Made by a program: the position numbers and the translations under genes
From: an uncultured Dehalococcoidia bacterium
GTDB lineage: Bacteria; Chloroflexota; Dehalococcoidia; DSTF01; JACRBR01
Direction: 5' to 3'
Assembly: GCA_964421985.1 (NCBI GenBank)
Contig: CAYQZE010000018.1
Coordinates: forward strand, 583-64,582
Length of the DNA stretch: 64,000 bases
Notes under the pieces: generated by a model
The model's database searches: none
Told to the model about the DNA's origin: nothing
The model's input: only the letters and a program-made list of their open reading frames with translations
In this document: positions 44,518 to 53,735 of the stretch, one piece after another
Layout: each line of letters opens with the position of its first letter
How positions within the stretch are numbered: position 1 is the first letter of the stretch

Positions 44518-45195
44518 ATGCCCCGAGAACCCGATCTGACCGGTATTACGATCGTCGCCCGGCCCACGGCCGAGCTAACCCGCAGCGACCGGGCCACGAT
44601 GTCGGCGCTCTTCGCTATGGCGTACCGCGCCGCGAACCAGCCGTATCTCGAGAAGTCGCTGACCACACTTCGCTTTGCCGCGATCGGGATGCAGGGCGAG
44701 ACGCCGGCCGGACTCGCGCTGGGCGACGTACGCGTGATGGACCTGCCTGGCCTGCCGCAGCAAGCCGTGATCCTCGCCGGCATCTGCTGCATCGATCCTC
44801 GCTTCCGTCGCCGCGGCCTGTTCGGCGCGATCGAACGCGCGGCGGTCCTGGGCGCCGGCATCGTGCCGAACGGCCGCGTGCTCAGTGCCGGACGCATGGC
44901 CCACCCGGTGAGCTTCCGCGTGATGAACCCGGCGACGCGGATCCCGCGCTACGGCACCGCACTGACGCCCTGGCAGCGGGCGGTCGGTCAGGCGGTCGCC
45001 GATGCGTACGGCGTGCCGAAGTTCGACCAGGAGACCTTCGTCTGCCATGGCACGGGCGAGCCCATCGGCTACCCGATCATCGAGATGGATGTCGAGCCGG
45101 AGGAGTGGCGGATCTTCGCGCACGTCAACCGCGATCGCGGTGACTCGCTGCTGGGTCTTACCTGGTCACCGGACGCACCGGAAGGCTGGCTGTAG
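44518..45195 (+). CDS. hypothetical protein, possibly GNAT-like acyltransferase
   Basis: FRRRGLFGAIERA resembles GNAT motif A. Weak assignment. Confidence 0.4.
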   Translation: MPREPDLTGITIVARPTAELTRSDRATMSALFAMAYRAANQPYLEKSLTTLRFAAIGMQGETPAGLALGDVRVMDLPGLPQQAVILAGICCIDPRFRRRGLFGAIERAAVLGAGIVPNGRVLSAGRMAHPVSFRVMNPATRIPRYGTALTPWQRAVGQAVADAYGVPKFDQETFVCHGTGEPIGYPIIEMDVEPEEWRIFAHVNRDRGDSLLGLTWSPDAPEGWL

Positions 45196-45298
45196 TCTCG
45201 GCGGGGCCGGTCTTTACGGCGTGATGCGCCAGCGCCTCCGCGGCGTCATCCCACGCTGCCACCGCGCCGGTCACTCTCCGTCGACGCCGCGCGGAAGA

Positions 45299-45793
45299 CT
45301 ACGCCTCGCGCAGGCCGGCGCGGATGTGAGCGGCATGCTCCGCCAGGTGTTCTACCGGCTTCTGAAACATGGCGGCGATCGTCATAGTCTCGCCCATGCG
45401 CGTAGCGGACAATCGCAGCGTTTCATCATCGAACGCTTCCAGCACTGCCAGGAGCTTCCGCGCGGCGGTGTCAAAATCGGCGCGCACCTCCGCGGAGGTC
45501 GCCTTCCGCGATACGACGCGAACACGCCACTCGTTCATCTTATAGAGGATCGGCCGCACGAACGCGGGCGGATTGAGCGCCTTGCCATCCTTCGCCTTCT
45601 CTATCTGACCGGCCAGGAACGCGGTGCCCGACGCCAGGTGCCATGCGAGTTGCCCGCAGGTGTACGCGGGAAGCCCGCTCTTCGTCTTCCATCCCCCGTC
45701 GCCAATCTGCCCCAGGAGGGTCGCGAATTCTGGCGACATCCCCTCGATCGCGGTCCGGATTGCGACACGGTCTGCTGATACCGTCGCGTCCAT
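45299..45793 (-). CDS. DinB_2 / TIGR03083-like protein
   Basis: 164 aa. CGQLAWHLASG...HLAEHAAH helices typical of the family. Confidence 0.55.
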   Translation of the reverse strand: MDATVSADRVAIRTAIEGMSPEFATLLGQIGDGGWKTKSGLPAYTCGQLAWHLASGTAFLAGQIEKAKDGKALNPPAFVRPILYKMNEWRVRVVSRKATSAEVRADFDTAARKLLAVLEAFDDETLRLSATRMGETMTIAAMFQKPVEHLAEHAAHIRAGLREA

Positions 45794-45874
45794 GTCATCA
45801 CTCCTTGCTGTGTGTCTCCGCACTGCGCGTGCATGAGCCAGCGTAGCGCATCCGGCTCCCCACGCATGCTCTGG

Positions 45875-46960
45875 TCACACACGGTCGCCCGGCATGATCT
45901 TTATGCCCGGCTCTGGCTCGTGATCCTCTTCGACTTCCGCGCCGTTGCCCAGCACGGCATCGACCACCACCGCGCGATCGCCAACACCGGCGTAGGCAGC
46001 GATGATACTGCTGCTGATGCGGGCGCCGTCGCCGATGCGCGCCTCTTCCCAGACGATGCTCGAGGAGATCGTCGCGCCTGCCCCGATGACGGTGTCGTGC
46101 CCGACCACCGCAGGCCCCACGATGCGCGTCCCGGCGCCGATCGACACGCCGTCGCCAATCAGCACGTCGCCCTCGAAGTGCGCGTCGGCGGCGATGGCCG
46201 TCCTCTCGCCGACGGCGAACGTGACGCCGAGGTCGCGCATCGTGCGCTCCAGCAGGAGCCGCGTCGCTGTCATGTAGCGCTCGGGCGATCCAACGTCGAC
46301 CCAGAGGTCCTCCTGAAATCCCTGCACGCGAAGGCCATCCCCGATGATGCCGGGGAAGAGGACGCGCTCCGAGAAGCCGTCGCGCACGGCCGTGTCGTCA
46401 TCAGGAATGCGATCGAGCATCCGCGGCTCCCAGAGCCAGGTGCCCCCGTTGATCAGGTTGCTCGGTTCCTCGCCGCGCGGCGGCTTCTCGACGAAGCTGA
46501 GGATGCGGAGGTCTTCGCTCACCTCGGCCACGCCGTACGTCCAGGGATCGTCTACCGACGCCAGCGACATGCTGAGCGTTGCGTCCGTATCGCGGTGGCG
46601 CGCGATCATTGCCGTGAGGTCTACGTTTGTCAGGATATCGCCGTTGCAGACGACGAGCGTGCCTTCCGCTCCGACGGCCCGCGCCGCCTCCTTGACGGCG
46701 CGACCCGATCCCAGCGGACGATCCTCGTAGGAGTACCGCAGACGCACGCCAAGTGCCCCGCCATCACCGAAGTGTTCCTCGATCTCGCCGGCGCCCTGCG
46801 AGCAGGCGAGCACGATGTCGAGCACGCCGTGTTCCCGAAGGTTGACCAGGCGATATTCGAGCAGCGGCCGGTTGAGAAGCGGCACGAGCTCCTTGCGCCG
46901 CGCGTAGGTGAGGGGGCGCAGGCGCGTGCCGCTCCCCCCGGCGAGAATGACAGCAAACAT
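45875..46960 (-). CDS. sugar-phosphate nucleotidyltransferase with a C-terminal left-handed beta-helix (mannose-1-P guanylyltransferase-like)
   Basis: MFAVILAGGSGTRLRPLT signature, followed by C-terminal hexapeptide repeats. Confidence 0.75.
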   Translation of the reverse strand: MFAVILAGGSGTRLRPLTYARRKELVPLLNRPLLEYRLVNLREHGVLDIVLACSQGAGEIEEHFGDGGALGVRLRYSYEDRPLGSGRAVKEAARAVGAEGTLVVCNGDILTNVDLTAMIARHRDTDATLSMSLASVDDPWTYGVAEVSEDLRILSFVEKPPRGEEPSNLINGGTWLWEPRMLDRIPDDDTAVRDGFSERVLFPGIIGDGLRVQGFQEDLWVDVGSPERYMTATRLLLERTMRDLGVTFAVGERTAIAADAHFEGDVLIGDGVSIGAGTRIVGPAVVGHDTVIGAGATISSSIVWEEARIGDGARISSSIIAAYAGVGDRAVVVDAVLGNGAEVEEDHEPEPGIKIMPGDRV

Positions 46961-46992
46961 GCGAAGAGGATACCGGCGAGGCCGCGGAGGCG

Positions 46993-47634
46993 TTAGGTCA
47001 GGCGCTCGAGCCACGGATGGCCCGCGTACACCGCCGAGATCGCGTCGTGCAGCCAGCCGCGGGCCGCGGCGTCGAGCGCCGCCGCACCAGCATCGAAGTC
47101 GGCGGCGTTGCGATCGATCTCCAGGTGGTTCGCCTTGTAGAGCAGCGCCACCTCTGGGGCGACATACGGGATGCCGTCCGCCGTGACCCGGCCGAGCGCC
47201 GGTAGCGGCATCCGCACGGAGGGCTCTCTACGGAATACCCAGTCGCCATCTTCGTCATCTTCGAGCAGGATCTCGAACGCCCAGGCGGCGTTCGTCGCGC
47301 GCCGCACCCAGAACTGGTGACGCGGCGCCGCCAGCCAGTCGCCGGGCGCCCAGGGCATCAACTCGCCTTCATGAGCTACCTGTACATCCCAGCTGACCAG
47401 GTGCCCCTGCAGGAGTGGCTGGTCACGGCGCAAGATGGCCAGATCGAGGTCGCCGTGCGGGCGCGTCTGACGCCCGAGGAAGAGGTCGAGCGCCCAGCCG
47501 CCCGCCACCCACCAGGGCCCGCCGAACCCGTCCAGCACCCTGCGGACCTCGTCGGGCGAGAGCGCGTCCCATCGATGGGTCGTCACGGAAGCTGGCGCGG
47601 CGTCACGCCGGCGCCTCGCGCTTCTTCGACGCAC
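46993..47634 (-). CDS. nucleotidyltransferase-domain protein resembling the aminoglycoside-2''-adenylyltransferase (AadB/ANT(2'')) family
   Basis: GGWALDLFLGRQTRPHGDLDLAI matches the minimal nucleotidyltransferase (GG...D.D) motif of AadB-like proteins. Confidence 0.5.
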   Translation of the reverse strand: MRRRSARRRRDAAPASVTTHRWDALSPDEVRRVLDGFGGPWWVAGGWALDLFLGRQTRPHGDLDLAILRRDQPLLQGHLVSWDVQVAHEGELMPWAPGDWLAAPRHQFWVRRATNAAWAFEILLEDDEDGDWVFRREPSVRMPLPALGRVTADGIPYVAPEVALLYKANHLEIDRNAADFDAGAAALDAAARGWLHDAISAVYAGHPWLERLT

Positions 47635-49114
47635 GCTTCGGCTTCGGGTCGTCGCTGGTCAGCATGTGACCGGTGCGCACGTCGGACATGCGATCGCCGG
47701 GAAGGATGACGATGAACTCCGTGCCGTCCAACTCCGAGCTGATGGCGCGTACCGTGCCGCCGTGCGCCTCTACGATCTCGCTCACGATCGACAGGCCAAG
47801 GCCGCTGCTGCCGCCTTTGCGTGCGCGTGCGCGGTCCACCTGGAAGAATCGCTCGAACACGCGCGGAAGATCTTCCTTGGGGATGACGGAGCCGGTGTTG
47901 TGGACGCCAATACTGACATGTCCGCCCGCCAGCGTACGGGCGCGGACCGTGATCGTGCCGCCGCGAGGTGTGTGCCGCACCGCGTTCTGCAGGAGATTCG
48001 AGAACACCTGCTCGAGGCGGCGTTCGTCACCGTGCACCTCCGAAACGGGTTCGACGCGCAGCCGCGGCTCGATGCCGGCGTCGCGGATCGCGAACTGAAA
48101 GCGCTCAATCGTGCGCTCAAGAAGCTGGCGTACGTCGACGTGCGCATGCTGCATCGCGACCTGCCCCGACTCGATCTGCGAGAGCAGCATCAGGTCGTCG
48201 ACGAGTGCTCGCATGCGGTTCGACTCCTCGTGGATCGTGCGACTGTACTCCTTGACGTCGTCCGGGCCGCTGACCACGCCGTCCACCATCGCCTGCGAAA
48301 ATCCCTGAATCGATGTCAGCGGCGTCTTCAGTTCGTGTGACACATTGGCCAACAGATCTTTCATCATCCGTTGCGAGGTGTTGACCTGGGTGGCCATCTG
48401 GTTGAACGCTTCCGCCAGACGACCCACTTCGTCCTCTCCTTTGATGGGGATGTGGACGTCGTAGTTGCCGCCGGCCATCTGTTTCGATGCCGCCGTGATG
48501 CGCGCCAGCGGGCCGGAGATCGATCGCGAGATGAAGAACGAGACGACGAACGACACGGTCAGCGCGATGGCCCCCGCGAGCGCGAGGCGCGGCGCGAGAT
48601 CGAGCCAGGCGGAGGCGAGCTTGTCCTGCGGAATCGCGATGATCGCGTCGTACGTAGGGGCGGTGAAGGTGGCGTCCTCTGGCCGCGGCGGGGAGGCGAA
48701 CAGCGTCAGGTGCGTGTCGCCGCGGTCGAAGTTGGACCATTTGTAGGTGATGCCTGCCGCCTGGGCCGACTTCACGCGATTTCCGGCGAACGACAACACG
48801 TACTTGCCCGTCAGGCCGTCATCGACGCTGTCGAACGCCACCTGCAGATCCTGGTCCAGCAGCAGGATGCGCACGCCGGAATCCGCGGCGCGCTGGCGGA
48901 GCTCGACCTTGACTGCGTCGAGCGGCTGGCCGGCGCCCAGCAGCCGCGCCACGCGGTCGTTCACGGGCTCCGCCAGGCGGCCGTAGCGTTCGCGCGCCGT
49001 CTCTTGCTGCTTGTCGCGCAGGAGGAAGAGCGCGCCCGCGCCGGCGAGGAAGACGGCCAGCGCGACCACCAGCGTAAACGAGACGATCAGCCGGGCTCGA
49101 AGGCTACCCAGCAT
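47603..49114 (-). CDS. sensor histidine kinase (two TM helices, HAMP, HisKA, HATPase_c)
   Basis: H-box SHELKTPLTSI. N/G-box motifs NLLQNAVRHTP...GSSGLGLSIV. Confidence 0.85.
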   Translation of the reverse strand: MLGSLRARLIVSFTLVVALAVFLAGAGALFLLRDKQQETARERYGRLAEPVNDRVARLLGAGQPLDAVKVELRQRAADSGVRILLLDQDLQVAFDSVDDGLTGKYVLSFAGNRVKSAQAAGITYKWSNFDRGDTHLTLFASPPRPEDATFTAPTYDAIIAIPQDKLASAWLDLAPRLALAGAIALTVSFVVSFFISRSISGPLARITAASKQMAGGNYDVHIPIKGEDEVGRLAEAFNQMATQVNTSQRMMKDLLANVSHELKTPLTSIQGFSQAMVDGVVSGPDDVKEYSRTIHEESNRMRALVDDLMLLSQIESGQVAMQHAHVDVRQLLERTIERFQFAIRDAGIEPRLRVEPVSEVHGDERRLEQVFSNLLQNAVRHTPRGGTITVRARTLAGGHVSIGVHNTGSVIPKEDLPRVFERFFQVDRARARKGGSSGLGLSIVSEIVEAHGGTVRAISSELDGTEFIVILPGDRMSDVRTGHMLTSDDPKPKRASKKREAPA

Positions 49115-49790
49115 CGCTTTCCACCACCAGCTTGTAGCCAACACCCCAGACGGTCTGGATCTTGACCGATCCTTCGCCGAGCTTGTCGCGGAGCCAGGCG
49201 ACGTGCACGTCGATCGTCCGCGAATCGCCGTAGTAATCGGTCCCCCACACCAGGCGCAACAGCCGCTCCCGGTCGAGGACGTTCCCCTTGTGCTGGGCGA
49301 ACGCCGTGAGCAGGTCGAACTCCTTCGCGCGAAGGGTAAGCGGGCGGCCGTCCAGCGTCGCCTCGCGGCTGGCCACATCGATACGGAGGCCGCCGGCCTC
49401 GACCACGTCGGGCGCGTCGTGTTCGCCCTGGGCGCGCCGCAGGACGGCCTTCACCCGCGCGACGAGTTCGCGCGGGTTGAATGGCTTCGCCATGTAGTCG
49501 TCGGCGCCGATCTCCAGCCCGATGATGCGGTCGATCTCGTCGCCCCGGGCAGTGAGGATGATCACGGGGACGTTGCTGGTCTTCCGGAGCTCTTTGCAGA
49601 CGGTGAGGCCGTCCATCTCCGGCATCATAACGTCCAGGACGATCAGATCCGGCTTGATCGCCTTCGCCTTCTCAAGCGCCTGCTTGCCATCGTGCGCCGC
49701 TTCGACGCGAAACCCCTCGTTGTTGAGGTAGAGCCGCGCAAGCTGGACGATGTTCTTTTCGTCATCGACGACGAGGATCGTTCCCGGCAT
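49104..49790 (-). CDS. OmpR-family response regulator
   Basis: MPGTILVVDDE...DLIVLDVMMPEMDG receiver domain plus winged-helix C-terminus. 11-nt overlap with the kinase gene. Confidence 0.9.
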   Translation of the reverse strand: MPGTILVVDDEKNIVQLARLYLNNEGFRVEAAHDGKQALEKAKAIKPDLIVLDVMMPEMDGLTVCKELRKTSNVPVIILTARGDEIDRIIGLEIGADDYMAKPFNPRELVARVKAVLRRAQGEHDAPDVVEAGGLRIDVASREATLDGRPLTLRAKEFDLLTAFAQHKGNVLDRERLLRLVWGTDYYGDSRTIDVHVAWLRDKLGEGSVKIQTVWGVGYKLVVESDAG

Positions 49791-50263
49791 CGGGCCGCCT
49801 TCTGTACATGCTTTCGGGCCATTATAGACGGAAGGCTCGCCCGCGGACTGCCGGCACACCCCCGCGCTACGCCACGCACGGCGCGACACGTTCGCCCTGG
49901 TTGTTCAGCGTAGCACCGCGGGCCGACCCCGCTCTCCGGCGATCGTGCCAGCCGCCCACGTTACCGCCGCCAGCCGCCCATGCGACGGTTGTAGTCGGCC
50001 CGGACCACGTCCTCGCGGCGCAGCGCCGCCAGTTCGTCCTCCAGCGCCGGTGGGTCGTCTGGCCGCACGAACGACAGCACGCGTCCCTGCCGCAGATACG
50101 GCGCGCCCGGCCACAGGCTCTTTCGATGCCCAGGTGACGGCGATCGCGCCCCGGCGTCTCGATGAATACCGCGTCGCATACGGGATCATCGGCAGAACCC
50201 CTAGGGAACTGCACCTAAGGGCTCGGCTGTCCGATACCAAAGACAGGGATACGAGGCACGGAC

Positions 50264-51031
50264 ATGCTGATTTCCATAGCCCGGCGCAGTCTGGCGGTCG
50301 CTCTGGTCGCGTGCGTTCTTCTGGCGGCTGCGGCCAACCGTCCAGCGCTCGACGCGGCTGCCGCGGGCGGCTGCACCGTGGATGCCGCAATGGACAGCGA
50401 GGAACAGGCGTTCCTTCTGTTAATCAACAACTACCGCGCGCAGAACGGACGGGCCCCGCTCAAGGCGTCCTACATGCTGACGAAGGCGGCGGCCTGGAAG
50501 TCCAGGGACCTCGCCACGAACAACTACCTCGCGCACGACGACCTCAATCGCACGTGGTCCCAGCGCATCGTGGACTGCGGCTACGGGTTCAACACGTGGC
50601 TGGGAGAGAATATCGCGGCCGGCTACGCCACTGCGCAGCAGGTGTTCGGCGGCTGGAAGGCGAGTCCCGGCCACAACGCCAACATGCTCGGTGCGAACTA
50701 CACGGCAATCGGCATCGGCCGCTACTTCCAGCAGGGCAGCACCTACGGCTGGTACTGGACCACGGACTTCGGCGGGTTCAGCGACGGCTGGGCGACGGCC
50801 ACCGGCGCGGTGTCCCCGATCATCGGCGACAGTGAGCCATCATCGGGCCGCCCGCAGTCCGCGATGGCTCGCCGGACTCCACCTCTCCAGGCGCGGCCGG
50901 TGCGCGCGGGCGCGGGCGTGCCGTCAACGCCGCGTGGTCCCCAGTGGAGCTGGCGGCGTCGCGAGACGTCAGGCGGAGCGTCGCGGGATCAAGAAGCTCG
51001 GCCGGCTACCACTGTACGAACATTGGCATGA
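50264..51031 (+). CDS. secreted CAP/SCP (PR-1-like) domain protein with a low-complexity C-terminal tail
   Basis: Signal peptide MLISIARRSLAVALVACVLLAAAA. CAP motifs GHNANMLGANYTAIGIG and YWTTDFG. Confidence 0.6.
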   Translation: MLISIARRSLAVALVACVLLAAAANRPALDAAAAGGCTVDAAMDSEEQAFLLLINNYRAQNGRAPLKASYMLTKAAAWKSRDLATNNYLAHDDLNRTWSQRIVDCGYGFNTWLGENIAAGYATAQQVFGGWKASPGHNANMLGANYTAIGIGRYFQQGSTYGWYWTTDFGGFSDGWATATGAVSPIIGDSEPSSGRPQSAMARRTPPLQARPVRAGAGVPSTPRGPQWSWRRRETSGGASRDQEARPATTVRTLA

Positions 51032-52136
51032 CGACGTGAACGTAGTTGTCGTTGTCGATGGGCCGGATCACGCCCGGCTGCGATGGGCCCGTCGTTTCGA
51101 GCGCGACGCGGCCGCCATCGAGCACCTGCAGCACTTCTTGCAGATACTTGCCGTTGAAGGCGATCTTCGACGCCTCGCCCTCGACGGCCGCGTCTAGCGC
51201 GCCGTGGTTGTCGCCGATCTCTTCGGCCCGGGCCGCTACCGTCATCTGGCCGGGCGCGCCGCCTTCGCCGTTCTCGAACGTGATGCGGACGATACCGCTG
51301 CCGTCGCGCGCGAAGATCGAGGCGATCTTCGTCTCCTGCAGGAAGTCGCGCACCTCGACGACGGCGCGGCTCCCCCATTCGCTGGGGATCAGCCGGCTGT
51401 AGTCCGGGAAGGTGCCTTGGATCAGCTGCGCGACCATCTCGACGTCCTTCAGCTTGAACAGCACCTGTGTCTTGCCGGCGTTGAACGTCACCTGCACGGG
51501 GTCTTCCTGATCCTGCAGCAGGCGGTTGAGTTCCGACAGCGCCCGGGACGGCACGATTACTTCCTGGCGCTCGCTGACCTTCTTTTTGAGCTTGAGCTTC
51601 CGAACGGCGAGCCGAAATCCATCAGCCGCCGCCAGCGTCATCTGGTCGCCCTCCACGACAATATCGACGCCGGTCAACACCGGACGCGAGTCGTCTGTGG
51701 CGGCGGAGAATACAACCTGTGCGATCGCCTCGCGCAGCGTCTTCGCCTCGATCTCCAGCGTGTCGCCTTCGACCGAAGGGATCGGCGGGAAATCGTCGGC
51801 GTCCATGCCGCCGATGGTCGCTTCGTTGCGCGCGCAGACGAGCTTCAACTGCCGGGAGCGTGGCGAGAGCGTGAGCGCGATCTTGTCGGCCGGCAGCGAG
51901 TTCACGAAGTCGGTCAGCAGCCGCGACGGCACGGTAATCGCGCCTTCTTCTTCGATCTGGCCGCCGATCCAGCAACTCAGCGCGATGTCGAGATTCGTCG
52001 CAGCGAGCTTGATGCGGCCATGTTCCGTCGCTATCAGCACGTTCGACGTGATCGGCAGCGTGCTGCGCAGCGCGACCGCCCGCCCAACGATGCCGAGGCC
52101 CCTCGCCAGGTTCTCCTGGAGACACGTAACCTTCAT
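51006..52136 (-). CDS. dnaN: DNA polymerase III beta sliding clamp
   Basis: 376 aa. MKVTCLQENLARGL...three-domain clamp. Not adjacent to dnaA/recF/gyrB in this window. Confidence 0.9.
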   Translation of the reverse strand: MKVTCLQENLARGLGIVGRAVALRSTLPITSNVLIATEHGRIKLAATNLDIALSCWIGGQIEEEGAITVPSRLLTDFVNSLPADKIALTLSPRSRQLKLVCARNEATIGGMDADDFPPIPSVEGDTLEIEAKTLREAIAQVVFSAATDDSRPVLTGVDIVVEGDQMTLAAADGFRLAVRKLKLKKKVSERQEVIVPSRALSELNRLLQDQEDPVQVTFNAGKTQVLFKLKDVEMVAQLIQGTFPDYSRLIPSEWGSRAVVEVRDFLQETKIASIFARDGSGIVRITFENGEGGAPGQMTVAARAEEIGDNHGALDAAVEGEASKIAFNGKYLQEVLQVLDGGRVALETTGPSQPGVIRPIDNDNYVHVVMPMFVQW

Positions 52137-52239
52137 TGCGCTCACCCGTGTAATCACTTTTCGGGGAGTATACGGCGGCGTTTGTCAAGCGACAATAGAT
52201 CAACGCGCTTGATCATTTCAGGGCGCCGGCCTTCTGGGA

Positions 52240-53664
52240 TCAGGCGCCGGCGGCGAACGGCGGCCAGCGATCGGCCCACGGCATCGCCGATTCGAGCTGC
52301 GCCGCGACGCGCAGCAGCACGTCGTCGCGCCCGTACGCGCCGACGGCGTGCACGTCGTCGGGCAGGCCGCCCGGCGTCCAATGTAGCGGTAGCGACAACG
52401 CCGGCTGGCCACTAAAGCTGAAGGCGGGCGGGAAGACCCCCGCGCCGACGGCGCCGCCGGTGAGGCCCAGCGGCCACGGAGGCTGCCGGAGCGTCGGCGT
52501 GATGAGGATGTCGTGGCCCGACGCCCACCAGTCGCGGACCGGTCGTGTTTCACGGACGATCGCGTTGATCGCGTCCGTCAGCCGGGCGCCGGACGTGGGC
52601 GTGGCTTCCGCGGCAACGGCGTTTGGGTCATCGAGGTCGGCAGCGGTGACGTCGCGCCCCACCATGTCCGATAGCCACCCTGGCTGCGAGCGCGACACGG
52701 AGATCAGCGCCTGGACATGCGGGAAGATGCGCAGCAAGAGCCCGTCGAGTGCAGGCGGGTGTGACAGTTCAAGGTGGTGCCCAAGCGACGCCAACGACTG
52801 TCCGGTGCGCTCGACGGCCGCGACGCACGCGGCGTCGGTGCTCATTCCTGTTATGACGTCGCGGCGCATCAGCCCGACGCGCAGGGGGCCAGTCGGCGTG
52901 CCGATCGCGTCGCGGTAGGGCGGCGCGGACCTCACGCTCGCGAAGCTCTCGCCGTCGGCCGGACCGCCAACGGCGTCGAGGATGCCCGCCAGGTCGCGGA
53001 CGCTGCGCGCGAGTACGAACTCCGTCCAGACGCGAAGAAGGTCGACTTCGCCGCTCGGCGTGTCCGTCGGCACACGCCCGCGTGAGGGCTTCAATGTCGC
53101 CACGCCGCAGCATGCTGCCGGGTAGCGCAGCGACCCGGTGCCGTCGCTGCCATGGGCGATGGATATCATGCCGCTGGCGACCGCCGCCGCGGACCCGCCG
53201 CTCGATCCGCCGACGCTCCGCGTGACATTCCAGGGATTACGCGTGGCGCCAAAAGACCGAGGCTCTGTTGTGATCCCGCCGGAGAGCTCCGGCACGTTCG
53301 TCTTTCCAAGGAAGATGAATCCGGCGTGACGGAGGCGATGCGCCAGCTCCGTGGTGTGCTTCGAGCGGTAGCCCGCGTCACGCAGGAGCCGCGTGCCGAT
53401 GTAGTAGGGCGTCCCTTCGACCTGGATGCACGCGTCCTTCAACAACATCGGCACGCCCGCGAACGCCCCGGTGCCGTAGTCGCCGTCGCGCGCTTGCCGG
53501 CGTGCCGAATCGAACATCGGCGTGACGACGGCGTTGATCTGCGGATTCAGCAGCTCGATGCGGGCGATCGCGGCATCGACCATCTCGACCGCCGTCACCT
53601 GGCGCCCGGCGATCAGCGCCGCCTGCGCGGTGGCGTCCAGCTTCCACAGATCGCGCGTGTCCAT
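52240..53664 (-). CDS. amidase-signature family enzyme
   Basis: GGSSGGSAAAVASGM...GSDGTGSLRYPAACCG amidase signature. Confidence 0.85.
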   Translation of the reverse strand: MDTRDLWKLDATAQAALIAGRQVTAVEMVDAAIARIELLNPQINAVVTPMFDSARRQARDGDYGTGAFAGVPMLLKDACIQVEGTPYYIGTRLLRDAGYRSKHTTELAHRLRHAGFIFLGKTNVPELSGGITTEPRSFGATRNPWNVTRSVGGSSGGSAAAVASGMISIAHGSDGTGSLRYPAACCGVATLKPSRGRVPTDTPSGEVDLLRVWTEFVLARSVRDLAGILDAVGGPADGESFASVRSAPPYRDAIGTPTGPLRVGLMRRDVITGMSTDAACVAAVERTGQSLASLGHHLELSHPPALDGLLLRIFPHVQALISVSRSQPGWLSDMVGRDVTAADLDDPNAVAAEATPTSGARLTDAINAIVRETRPVRDWWASGHDILITPTLRQPPWPLGLTGGAVGAGVFPPAFSFSGQPALSLPLHWTPGGLPDDVHAVGAYGRDDVLLRVAAQLESAMPWADRWPPFAAGA

Positions 53665-53735
53665 GCGTCAGGATCGTACGAGCGGAGCGCAGTGGCAGGC
53701 AGGTACGAACGCACCATCTTGCCTGCCGCGCGCGG

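Noticed and set aside
49945-50835. 296-aa plus-strand ORF overlapping the CAP-domain gene in another frame, and small ORF 49961-50179 (minus strand) in the 470-bp gap upstream of it
   Set aside because: Arg/Pro-rich low-complexity translations. The CAP-domain frame has a signal peptide and family motifs. The small minus-strand ORF has no support beyond being open.
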